A stretch of DNA of 64,000 bases from Casimicrobiaceae bacterium (lineage in GTDB: Bacteria; Pseudomonadota; Gammaproteobacteria; Burkholderiales; Casimicrobiaceae), in NCBI GenBank assembly GCA_035939595.1, contig DASZFQ010000119.1, forward strand, positions 705-64,704, read 5' to 3'. Under the pieces are notes generated by a model that worked only from the letters and a program-made list of their open reading frames with translations, was not told the origin of the DNA and made no database searches. The position numbers were made by a program, and so were the translations under genes. Shown here piece after piece: positions 41,320 to 50,034 of this stretch. Positions within the stretch are counted from its first letter, which is position 1, and every line of letters begins with the position of its first letter.

Positions 41320-41793
41320 TCACGCCGGGCGACGCGGGACGATGAGCTTCGCAGTCAACGTCTGCACCACCTCGCCGCGCTGATTGACCGTCTCGCTGCG
41401 CACGGTGACCGCGCCGCGGTCCGGGCGTGAACGCGACGGCGTCACGCTGAGGATTTCGCTTTCGACCCGCAGAATGTCGCCCGGTCGCGTGGGATTGGGC
41501 CACGCAATTTCCCCGCCGGCGCCGATGATGCCCCCTGCGATCGGCGCGCCGCCGTCGACCAGCAGCCGCATGGTTATCGCTGCGGTATGCCAGCCGCTCG
41601 CGGCAAGGCCCGCAAACAAGCTTTCCCGGGCCAGAGCATCGTCGAGGTGAAACGGCTGTGGGTCGAACGCGCTGGCGAAGGCCTTGATCTGGCGCTCGTC
41701 CACGGCATGGACATCGCTGCGAAAGCGCTGCCCGACGTGGAGATCTTCAAGGTAGAGCCCAGCTTGGATGGGCTGGCGGTCCGTTTCGGCCAT
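41320..41793 (-). CDS. MaoC family (R-specific enoyl-CoA hydratase-like) hot-dog dehydratase
   Basis: About 157 aa; hot-dog pattern (DERQIKAFASAFDPQPFHLD ... GWHTAAITMRLL). Confidence 0.85.
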   Translation of the reverse strand: MAETDRQPIQAGLYLEDLHVGQRFRSDVHAVDERQIKAFASAFDPQPFHLDDALARESLFAGLAASGWHTAAITMRLLVDGGAPIAGGIIGAGGEIAWPNPTRPGDILRVESEILSVTPSRSRPDRGAVTVRSETVNQRGEVVQTLTAKLIVPRRPA

Positions 41794-42033
41794 AGCGCAC
41801 CTCTTCAGTCGAGCGGCGCCGGACGTGGCAGCACCGGCAACTCCTCGGGCAGACCTGCCGTCTCGCCGCGGACGAAATCGCGGCCGGCTATCTCTGGAAG
41901 CAACCGGGACGCAAGCGCGAAATAGGCGCGGACACAGACCCCGGTTGGAATACCGGACGACACGATCGTTCTATTTTCGGACAAGCGCAAGGGAACGTTC
42001 ATCGCAAAGCTCTCGACAGGACGATCTTTATCT

Positions 42034-42630
42034 TTATGTCGCCGGTACAGCCTGACTAATGAGCCGCTCGAAGGCAGTTCGGGCTTGCACTTCGGCTCGA
42101 TCAGGCTCGAACAGGCGCGCGTTGTGATAGTAGGCGAACATGATGCCCATCATGTCGAAGACGAACTGGCCGCGATCCAAGCCCGGGCGCAAATGGCCTT
42201 GAGCCACCGCTAGCTCGAGCGCCCGGACCAGGGTCCGCTCCAGACCGGCGAAGTGTTCGATCACCGCGTCGCGGACCGGCCCCGGTCGGTCATCGAACTC
42301 GATCGCAGCGGCCTGCATCGGGCAACCATGGGCCAGCCCGCTGTGAATTGTCCAGGCAAGCCACTGCTCGAAGAGTGAACGCAGGCGAGGCAGGCCGCGC
42401 CGTGCCTTGAGCGCCGGGATGAAGACGGTTTCGGTGAAGCGCGCCGCCGCAGCCTCGATCGCTGCCACCTGCAGCTCCTCGCGCGACCCGAAATGCGCGA
42501 ACAACCCGCTCTTCGACAGGCCTGCGCGTTCCGCTAGGGAACCGATGGTGAGCGACTCGAAGCCGCTCTGACTGGCCTGCGCCAAGGCCGCGTCAAGGAT
42601 CGCCGCCCGCGTGTGTTCACCCTTTCCCAT
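42034..42630 (-). CDS. TetR/AcrR family transcriptional regulator
   Basis: N-terminal HTH (TRAAILDAALAQASQSGFESLTIGSLAERAGLSKSGLFAHFGSRE). ATG 42630 preferred over 42681. Confidence 0.85.
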   Translation of the reverse strand: MGKGEHTRAAILDAALAQASQSGFESLTIGSLAERAGLSKSGLFAHFGSREELQVAAIEAAAARFTETVFIPALKARRGLPRLRSLFEQWLAWTIHSGLAHGCPMQAAAIEFDDRPGPVRDAVIEHFAGLERTLVRALELAVAQGHLRPGLDRGQFVFDMMGIMFAYYHNARLFEPDRAEVQARTAFERLISQAVPAT

Positions 42631-42636
42631 TTCGTA

Positions 42637-42666
42637 AATAATACGAACGTTCGTGCTATTAATCAA
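42637..42666 (-). promoter_or_regulatory. Sigma70-like promoter with an embedded palindromic operator just upstream of tetR
   Basis: Minus strand reads TTGATT-17 nt-TATTAT-7 nt-ATG. The spacer contains the perfect 12-bp palindrome ACGAACGTTCGT (42643-42654), extended by AATA/TATT arms. Confidence 0.55.
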
Positions 42667-42717
42667 GCGCCGTCGTTCCATCCGGTCCTCGCTCTGCCAG
42701 CCCGCGTCGATTGGCTC

Positions 42718-43323
42718 TCACCCGGCAGTTTTCGCACCGGCCAGCCAGGCACGGCCTCTGGCGTAGAGCGCATCTATCTCCGGGCCTTTGGTACCGGGCA
42801 TGTCGCGCTTGACGGCGTAACCGATCTTCGTCTGGGCGTAGGCGAGATGGCGGTAGCCGTCCGGGAATTGCGCGAGCAATGCGGGATCGAGTTGCGGCCA
42901 GCTGCCCGGAAGCACCGAATCGATCCGATCCTTTTCGTAGATCGGCTGCCGCAGCACGATCGCCCAGCGCTCACCCCGTCGCTCGAAAAAGTCGTAGAAG
43001 CGGCCCGTGCACACGATGTCGCACGGCACGCCTTCGACGGTGGCCCGCTGCGAAATGTTCATCTTGGTCTGGCTGATTGCCCGCGCGCCCGCAACATCGA
43101 TCGCGGTGCCGCCGAGGAAGTGCAGAATGCTCACGCCCCGGTCCGAAGCTTCCTTGCTAACGCGGATGAACTCCTCGGCCGGTCCCTGGAACCAGGTGGC
43201 CATCATGACGCCGTCGTCATGCCAGACGCCGCGGAAGCGATCCCAGTCGCCGGCATCGCGCCATACGACCCAGTTCTCGACGACCTCGCGGATCGCCAGG
43301 CGCTCCATCATATTCCCGTCCAT
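42718..43323 (-). CDS. NTF2-like (SnoaL-like) domain protein
   Basis: MERLAIREVVENWVVWRDAGDWDRFRGVWHDDGVMMATWFQG pattern. ATG 43323 chosen because the upstream extension is Arg-rich. Confidence 0.6.
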   Translation of the reverse strand: MDGNMMERLAIREVVENWVVWRDAGDWDRFRGVWHDDGVMMATWFQGPAEEFIRVSKEASDRGVSILHFLGGTAIDVAGARAISQTKMNISQRATVEGVPCDIVCTGRFYDFFERRGERWAIVLRQPIYEKDRIDSVLPGSWPQLDPALLAQFPDGYRHLAYAQTKIGYAVKRDMPGTKGPEIDALYARGRAWLAGAKTAG

Positions 43324-43479
43324 TTCCCACCCCCCGATCGGCCGGCACGGCCGCCGTATCAAACCCCGAGGTCGCCTCCAGACCACGATCACGCGCTGGC
43401 GACGCGGCGCGCTCGTGGATGCCGCAGCCAACCCGCACCTCGGTTCGCTCGCGGCGCCTAACCTGCGGCACAGGGTTGC

Positions 43480-44670
43480 TTAGCGCGACGGCGCGGCAAT
43501 CGAACCCGCAGCCACGAAACGATCGCGCCCCTCAGCCTTGGCCCGATACAGGGCTGCATCGGCCAACTGGATCCAGGCGTCGACATTCATTGTCTTGGCG
43601 TCGGCTTCTGCGGCACCGACGCTGACCGTGCCGCGCAAGTCTGGAGCGTTGTCGAACGTCTGGGCAGCGAGATGGCCGCGGATGCGCCGGGCGGCTGTCT
43701 CGGTTCCGCGCAGATCCGTATCCGGAAGAACGATCAGGAATTCATCCCCGCCGTAGCGGGCGACGACGTCGACCGCGCGGGAGCATTCACGCAAGGTCTC
43801 TGCCACGGCGCAGAGCACCTCGTCTCCCGCCGGGTGGCCGTAACGGTCGTTGATATCCTTGAAGCGGTCGATGTCCAGAATGAACAGGACCGCGGGCCGG
43901 CCGGTGCGGTGGTTGCGCGCCAGTTCCTGTTCGGCCTGGGTGAAGCCTTGGCGGCGATTGGCGAGGCCCGTCAACTCGTCAATGCGACCCAACGCATCCA
44001 GTCGCCGGTTCTGTTTGGTAAGCTTGCGCGCCATCGAGTAATTGACCGCGCTGATCGCCAGCGGGTAGAGCACCAGCAACGGTATGCATGCGACGATCAC
44101 CGGCATCGGCGTCGCGAGATCGACCGGGAAGCCAAGCAGCGCCGCAGTCAGCACACATGCAGCGGCCAGCAAGGCCGAGGTACGCAATAGCAGCGATAGC
44201 CCGCCCACACTGACCTTGTCAACCGAGAGCATCGCCGCCAGCAACACGCTTGGCAGGAGGTTGAATTGCATCACCGCGATCCACATGCCGCCGAGCGTGG
44301 AGTCGGCCATCAGATTCCGAAACTCGGCACGCCGCGGGTTGCCACTGCGCAGCGCCAGCATCGACGCCACGTGCGACCAAACGAAGCCGTTGGCAAGCAG
44401 CAAGATCCACCAGCCGACGGTCGCGTCATGAAGGCGCAGGACAGACCCGACACAGAGCGCACCGAGCCCGAGACCTAATGTGCGCAAGCGGTAGATGCGG
44501 CGAACGAAGCGCAGGTCGCGTGCGTGGTGCGCGATGACGGCTTGGGTCGACTGTTCCTTGGCATCGTTCGCGGAGAAGCCGTTGCCGCGCAGAGGGTCGG
44601 CTGCCGCAGCGTCGGAAGGCGCTGCTAGCGAAGCTGCATCCGTGCCACCCTCATCACGCTCATGGTTCAT
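43480..44670 (-). CDS. AdrA-like diguanylate cyclase (MASE2 membrane domain + GGDEF)
   Basis: Membrane domain colinear with E. coli AdrA (GWWILLLANGFVWSHVA..., NLMADSTLGGMWIAVMQFNLLPS); RYGGDEF active site; alternative start at 44751. Confidence 0.85.
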   Translation of the reverse strand: MNHERDEGGTDAASLAAPSDAAAADPLRGNGFSANDAKEQSTQAVIAHHARDLRFVRRIYRLRTLGLGLGALCVGSVLRLHDATVGWWILLLANGFVWSHVASMLALRSGNPRRAEFRNLMADSTLGGMWIAVMQFNLLPSVLLAAMLSVDKVSVGGLSLLLRTSALLAAACVLTAALLGFPVDLATPMPVIVACIPLLVLYPLAISAVNYSMARKLTKQNRRLDALGRIDELTGLANRRQGFTQAEQELARNHRTGRPAVLFILDIDRFKDINDRYGHPAGDEVLCAVAETLRECSRAVDVVARYGGDEFLIVLPDTDLRGTETAARRIRGHLAAQTFDNAPDLRGTVSVGAAEADAKTMNVDAWIQLADAALYRAKAEGRDRFVAAGSIAAPSR

Positions 44671-44906
44671 ATTTGACCACCGACGGCGATGTTCCGCGCC
44701 TACGTTAGTATTGCTCCCTTCGCACCGATTCAGCAAATAGCTTGCCAGCAAGCCGCGCGGGGGTCTTGCGATCCGCTGCTATCAACCCTCGACATGCCGC
44801 GCAACATCGTTCATCCCGTCGTGCGCCACACCCCCGTTGTACCGCCCAGGGCTGCAATGGAAGCCTGGGGCGCGACCAGATTGACCTCGGCGGCGGCGAC
44901 GATAAT

Positions 44907-45290
44907 ATGCGGACGGCCACCAATGGACGATCGGGAGTTACACATGGTCAGGACTTCACGCTCGCCATGCTGTTGGGCCGACTCCTGCTCGGCGCGCTGT
45001 CTTCCCTCTGCGCCGGCTTGACGCTGGCCTGGATCGCGAAGGGGAACGACAGGGCGGTCAAGGTCCTCGGTATCCTGTCGACCCTCGTGTTCATTCCGGT
45101 CCACTACCACGTGTGGGACAAGTTTCCCCTCGCGTATCACCTGATATTTCTGGCTTCCCTTCTGCCCGTTACGGTTCTGGGTGCACGCCTGTCGGGTCCG
45201 GCTCAGTTGACCGACAAGGCGCCACGACCTAAAGTCTACGCTCCGAAGAGGTCGCGCATCGGTCGCTTGCGCGTGCCGCCCGCTCATTGA
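44907..45290 (+). CDS. Small hypothetical membrane protein
   Basis: Three hydrophobic segments (LLGRLLLGALSSLCAGLTLAWI, VLGILSTLVFIPV, LIFLASLLPVTVLGA); start uncertain (44907 or 44967); no family recognised. Confidence 0.35.
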   Translation: MRTATNGRSGVTHGQDFTLAMLLGRLLLGALSSLCAGLTLAWIAKGNDRAVKVLGILSTLVFIPVHYHVWDKFPLAYHLIFLASLLPVTVLGARLSGPAQLTDKAPRPKVYAPKRSRIGRLRVPPAH

Positions 45291-45312
45291 TTCCGACGCC
45301 CTTCTCCCGCCC

Positions 45313-47112
45313 ATGACCTCGACACCGATACCCCTGCAAGAAATCGCTCCGCGCTGGACGTGGCTGCCAAGACTAGGCACGTGGAAGTACTACGCGTTGC
45401 TCGGCGCCATAGGCATTTTCGTCCTGGGCCCCCTAGGTGGACTCGCAGCGGCGTACATGAATTTCTCTCTCGGATTCTTCGTCGGTGGACAGGTGCTCGC
45501 GGGCATACTCGGCTCAACCGTGACCTTCGGGTACGGCGCGGCGGGACGTCATGGGGCCAACTACATCCAGACAACCGCTGCCTCGGTGGCCGGAATGAGC
45601 GCCATGGCGGTCGTGATTCAGGCAATGAATTGGCTGGGATTGCCGCGACCACCGATCTGGGAGCTCATCGTGTACATGCTGTGCATCGGCATGTTTGGCG
45701 TCGGCGTCGGCATGCTCTACACGCCGATTCTTGTCGACCGCCTCCAGCTCAAGTTCCCCTCCGGCCTCGCGGTCGCCAACATTCTGCGCGCCCTGACAGA
45801 TCCCGAACTGCTCCGTCGCTCGGTGGCGCGCCTGTTCGGTGGCATGGCGCTGGGAATCGCCGGCGGTATTGGCGCGGCCAAGACCGCGCTGCTCGGGGCG
45901 ATCGACCTGTCCACGTCCACGTTCGGAGCGGGAATGATCGTCGGCGCGCGCATCGGCGTCGCGGCGCTTGCCGGCGGGCTTGTAAGCTGGGCAATGATTC
46001 CCTATTTTGTCTCGATCGGTTGGCTCAAACCCGGCGAACCGTTCCGCAAGATCACATTCCTGATCGCGCTGGGAATGATCATGGGCGCGGCGCTTATCGA
46101 CGTTTCACTGATACTTTATCGTGCGTACCGGCGGGCGCAGGAGAGCGCCGCCGCTCCGGTCGAACAGGAAGACTGGAAGCGAACCAATATGCGTCGGCTG
46201 GTTGCCTGGGTCGTATTCTGGGGCATCGCCATCGTCATCGCGGGATCGCAGCTGCTGCACGAGCCGGTTGGCTACCTCGTGTTCGCGGTGCTGCTCGTAT
46301 TCGTGTTCGCGCTGGTGAACGGCATCTCCGTCGGCATGGTGGACTCGAATCCTATTTCATCGGCGTTCGTGGTCACGGTGATCTTGATGGCCGCCATGGG
46401 ACTCAACGACCCCGCGATCGGCCTGATCGCGGCGACCGTTCTGCTTGTTTCAACGAGCGAAGCGTGCGATATGCAGCAGGATCGCTCGACCGGCTGGCGA
46501 CTCGGCACGAATCGCACGATCCAGTTCCGCTTTCAGGTCGCCGGGATCGTGATGGGAGCCATCATGGCGGTTGTATTCGCCGAGCTGTTCATGAGCGCCT
46601 ATCCGGTGCTGCGGCTCGATCAAACGACGTTGCCTGCCGATCAGCAGCCGGCGAAGTGGACCTCGGCGATGACCTACAAATTCGTCGGGGTGTTGCGCAG
46701 CCTCACCGACGACAAACCGTACCAGCGCACCGCGATCTGGGTCGGCGTCGCGATCGGCCTTGCGACGGAGGTGCTGCGCAAGGTCATTAAGTCGCGCTCC
46801 GCATACCAGAAGTTCGCCACCACAAGCCGGACCGGATTTGCGACCGACTTCCTGCTCGATGCGGTGCTGCTGCCTTCGCCTTACGCGTCGTCGTTTGGCG
46901 GCTTCGTCAACCTGCCCACATCTGCATGGTTCGCCGCCGGCGGCGTGGTCGCAAGCATCGCCAACAGCATACCGAAGGGAAAGGATGAGGCTGCGGCGCT
47001 TCCCGAAGACATGAGCACGGCTTCGCTTGTGGGCGGCGGCCTCATTGCCGGTGACGCACTGGCCGCGCTCGGGTTGGGCGTCGCCGGGCTGCTCGCGACG
47101 ATTTTTGGCTAA
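45313..47112 (+). CDS. OPT family oligopeptide transporter
   Basis: 599 aa polytopic membrane protein whose pattern resembles bacterial OPT transporters. Confidence 0.7.
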   Translation: MTSTPIPLQEIAPRWTWLPRLGTWKYYALLGAIGIFVLGPLGGLAAAYMNFSLGFFVGGQVLAGILGSTVTFGYGAAGRHGANYIQTTAASVAGMSAMAVVIQAMNWLGLPRPPIWELIVYMLCIGMFGVGVGMLYTPILVDRLQLKFPSGLAVANILRALTDPELLRRSVARLFGGMALGIAGGIGAAKTALLGAIDLSTSTFGAGMIVGARIGVAALAGGLVSWAMIPYFVSIGWLKPGEPFRKITFLIALGMIMGAALIDVSLILYRAYRRAQESAAAPVEQEDWKRTNMRRLVAWVVFWGIAIVIAGSQLLHEPVGYLVFAVLLVFVFALVNGISVGMVDSNPISSAFVVTVILMAAMGLNDPAIGLIAATVLLVSTSEACDMQQDRSTGWRLGTNRTIQFRFQVAGIVMGAIMAVVFAELFMSAYPVLRLDQTTLPADQQPAKWTSAMTYKFVGVLRSLTDDKPYQRTAIWVGVAIGLATEVLRKVIKSRSAYQKFATTSRTGFATDFLLDAVLLPSPYASSFGGFVNLPTSAWFAAGGVVASIANSIPKGKDEAAALPEDMSTASLVGGGLIAGDALAALGLGVAGLLATIFG

Positions 47113-47218
47113 GGCGATTGCCGGCGCGGTCCGGATCGGTCATCCGGCCGCAAGCGGGTCTGTGCCGTAGCTGCCTGTCAGCCAGGCCTGCCGGTTCGCG
47201 GTACGATGGCGCCTCGCC

Positions 47219-49909
47219 ATGGCTCGCGCGCAGAACGCAAAAGACCTCGCTACCTACGCCAGCAAGCGGGCGTTCGATGTCACGCCCGAGCCGTCTCCGG
47301 CCGTTCCGCTGCGCTCCGGGCCGTTGCTGTTTGTGGTCCAGGAGCATGCTGCGCGTCGCCTGCACTACGACTTCCGATTGGAGTGGGACGGCGTGCTCAA
47401 ATCCTGGGCGATCCCCAAAGGGCTGCTCATCGACCCGGGCGAGAAACACCTGGCGGTGCACGTCGAGGATCATCCATTGGACTACGGGCCGTTCGAGGGG
47501 GTCATTCCGCCCAAGCAGTACGGCGCAGGGAAGGTGATCGTCTGGGACTGTGGAATTTATTCGCCCGACGAAGACGGTGTGCTCGCCTTTGACGACCGTG
47601 CTGCGGCAGAGCGGCGCATGCGCGCGGACATGGCCAAGGGCAAGATCAGCGTCACGCTCGCTGGCACCAAGCTGAAGGGTTCCTACGCGCTGGTACGCAC
47701 CGCGAAGGAACCGAACTCCTGGTTACTGATCAAGCACCGCGACCGCTGGCCGAAGCGCATTCTGGCCGAGGGTCTTGCCCGCTCGGTGCTCACGGGACAG
47801 ACGGTGGAATCCATCGGCCCGTCGCCGCGACGAATTGCATTGGCGGCTTTGATACCCAGCGGGCCGCGCGAGAACCTGCCGGCGAAGCTCGCGCCCATGC
47901 TGGCCAGCGATGCGGACGAGCCGTCGAGCCGTCCAGGATGGTTTCACGAGCCCAAGCTCGACGGCTATCGCGTGCTCGCGTTTATAACCGCTGGCAAGGT
48001 TACGCTGCGCAGTCGCAACGGGCTTGACCTCACGCCCTCCTATCCGACCATTGCCGCGGAACTGGCAGCGCAACCGGTACACCCGGCGATTCTCGACGGC
48101 GAAATCGTCGCCTTCGAGAACGGCAAGCCTTCCTTCAATGCCATGCAAAGGCGTTCGCAACTTTCCACCGAACGCGAGATCGCCGAGGCGGAACAAACCC
48201 TGCCGACCGTGTTCTACGCCTTCGACATCCTGCATCTTCTGGGCATGAACCTACGCGGCGCAACCTACGAGGATCGGCGGCGCTACCTGAATCAGTGCCT
48301 GATTCCGCTTGCCCACGTGCAGCCGGTGCACACCGAGACCGACGGTTACGCGCTCTACCAGGCATCGATCGCGGCGGGGCTGGAAGGTATCGTGTCGAAG
48401 AAGGCCGATAGCGCTTACGAACCGGGAAGGCGTTCGCCCTTCTGGCTCAAAGTCAAGGCCGTGCAAAGCGCCGAATTCGTGATTGGTGGTTTCACGGCCG
48501 GCGAAGGCCATCGCCGCGATGCATTCGGAGCCCTGCTGCTGGGCTACTGGGACGACCGCGCGAAGCTTCGCTATGCCGGTCATGTAGGCAGCGGATTCAA
48601 CGACCGAACCATGGCCGAAATCCGCCAGCGACTGGTCGCGTTGAAGACCGCAGAAAGCCCGTTTTTTACCCAGCCGGACCTGCATGCGCCGACCACCTGG
48701 ATTCGCCCGGTTTTGGTGGCGGAGGTGCAGTATCACGAATGGACGCCAAGCGGGACCTTGCGCGCCCCGGTGTTCTTGCGCCTGCGCGACGATGTCGACG
48801 CGAAGAGTGTCGGGCGCAAAGGCACGGCGGGGATAACTGCGCGCAACGAATCGACCGACCTGGTGACGAGCGTGCTGCGGCAGCTCGCGACCAAGGAATC
48901 GTCGCTGTCGCTGCAGGTCGGCGCGCATCGCATAGGTGTTTCCCAACTCGACAAGGCGCTCTGGCCGGCACACAGGAAGTGGCGCGCGGCGACCAAGGGC
49001 GACCTGCTGCGCTACCTGGCCGCTGTGGCGCCCTATATGCTGCCGCATCTTGCCAACCGCCCACTTACCTTGATCCGCATGCCCGACGGCATCTACGGCG
49101 AATCCTTTTTCCAGAAGCACCTCACGCAGAAACTGCCACCGTTCGTGGAGACGGTGGAGGTGTTCTCGAAGAGCAAGACCGAGAACCATACCTACCCTCT
49201 GTGCAATAACCTGCCGACGCTGTTGTGGCTCGGCCAACTGGGCACGCTCGAGTTTCACGTGTGGCACTCCAGCCTCGCCGAATCCGAGGAACGCTCCGCC
49301 TACACCGGATCCCTGGCCAACCTTGAAGCCTCGGCGCTGAACTATCCCGACTACGTGGTATTCGACATCGACCCGTACATCTATTCGGGCAAGGAGGCCC
49401 CGGGGGCGGAACCCGAGTTCAACCGGAAAGCCTTCGCAGCGGGCAAGACGGTCGCGTTGTGGCTCAAGGATCTGCTCGACGCCATGTCGCTGCGATCCTT
49501 CGTCAAGACTTCGGGCAAGACCGGACTGCACATTTTCGTGCCCATCGCGCGTACCCTTACCTTCGCGCAGGCGCGCTCGGTGTGCGAGTTAATCGGTCGC
49601 CACCTGATGGCACAGCATCCGGACCTCATCACCATGGACTGGAGCGTGGAGAAGCGGCCGGGCAAGATTTTCTTCGATCACAACATGAACGCCCGCGGCA
49701 AGACCCTCAATGTGGCCTATTCGCCGCGCGGCGTCGCCGGCGCACCGGTGTCCATGCCCGTGACCTGGGAGGAGCTGCCCGACGTGGAGCCGCCCGATTT
49801 CCGCATGGAAAACGTGCCCAAGCTAATGGCTGCTCGGGGGGACGTCTGGCGCGACCTGCTCGCGACGCGGCAGAGCTTGGAGGCGGCGCTGAATATATCG
49901 ACCGCCTAG
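47219..49909 (+). CDS. ligD: Multidomain ATP-dependent DNA ligase LigD (phosphoesterase - ligase - polymerase/primase)
   Basis: PE domain FVVQEHAARRLHYDFRLE; ligase motif I EPKLDGYR; C-terminal primase-polymerase domain with VVFDIDP metal site. Confidence 0.95.
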   Translation: MARAQNAKDLATYASKRAFDVTPEPSPAVPLRSGPLLFVVQEHAARRLHYDFRLEWDGVLKSWAIPKGLLIDPGEKHLAVHVEDHPLDYGPFEGVIPPKQYGAGKVIVWDCGIYSPDEDGVLAFDDRAAAERRMRADMAKGKISVTLAGTKLKGSYALVRTAKEPNSWLLIKHRDRWPKRILAEGLARSVLTGQTVESIGPSPRRIALAALIPSGPRENLPAKLAPMLASDADEPSSRPGWFHEPKLDGYRVLAFITAGKVTLRSRNGLDLTPSYPTIAAELAAQPVHPAILDGEIVAFENGKPSFNAMQRRSQLSTEREIAEAEQTLPTVFYAFDILHLLGMNLRGATYEDRRRYLNQCLIPLAHVQPVHTETDGYALYQASIAAGLEGIVSKKADSAYEPGRRSPFWLKVKAVQSAEFVIGGFTAGEGHRRDAFGALLLGYWDDRAKLRYAGHVGSGFNDRTMAEIRQRLVALKTAESPFFTQPDLHAPTTWIRPVLVAEVQYHEWTPSGTLRAPVFLRLRDDVDAKSVGRKGTAGITARNESTDLVTSVLRQLATKESSLSLQVGAHRIGVSQLDKALWPAHRKWRAATKGDLLRYLAAVAPYMLPHLANRPLTLIRMPDGIYGESFFQKHLTQKLPPFVETVEVFSKSKTENHTYPLCNNLPTLLWLGQLGTLEFHVWHSSLAESEERSAYTGSLANLEASALNYPDYVVFDIDPYIYSGKEAPGAEPEFNRKAFAAGKTVALWLKDLLDAMSLRSFVKTSGKTGLHIFVPIARTLTFAQARSVCELIGRHLMAQHPDLITMDWSVEKRPGKIFFDHNMNARGKTLNVAYSPRGVAGAPVSMPVTWEELPDVEPPDFRMENVPKLMAARGDVWRDLLATRQSLEAALNISTA

Positions 49910-49955
49910 CTTGAGGTGGATCCGATCCTGGTATAACCTTGCCGGTTCGTGAAAA

Positions 49956-50002
49956 CGCGTGGCGGCGCGTCTTGGACGAACGGACGCGCGCGGAGCCACG
50001 CG
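49956..50002 (+). other. Extended GC-rich stem-loop in the ligD-ku intergenic region
   Basis: CGCGTGGC (49956-63) pairs with GCCACGCG (49995-50002) and GCGCGTC (49965-71) pairs with GACGCGC (49983-89); 11-nt loop; lies 33 nt upstream of the ku ATG. Confidence 0.5.
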
Positions 50003-50034
50003 CTAAGGATCCAGCTTCGAACGGAGGAGGTCCG

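Noticed and set aside
45360-46790. 476-aa same-strand alternative-frame ORF inside the OPT transporter gene
   Set aside because: The translation is extremely Arg/Gly-rich and non-hydrophobic, whereas the 45313 frame gives a coherent polytopic membrane protein.
48251-49531. 426-aa ORF antisense to ligD, and similar long antisense ORFs at 51033-52106, 52609-53400, 54201-54971, 54968-55867, 57256-58182, 61965-63059, 23780-24988, 12625-13623, 16276-17136 and 1686-2576
   Set aside because: All overlap genes with strong family signatures on the opposite strand. All have low-complexity Arg/Pro/Gly-rich translations. They are high-GC shadow frames.
49918-50012. Two GGATCC sites flanking the ligD-ku hairpin, considered as inverted-repeat ends of a miniature mobile element
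   Set aside because: The sites are only 6-bp palindromes about 90 bp apart. There are no target-site duplications and no further terminal repeat similarity, so chance occurrence is more likely.
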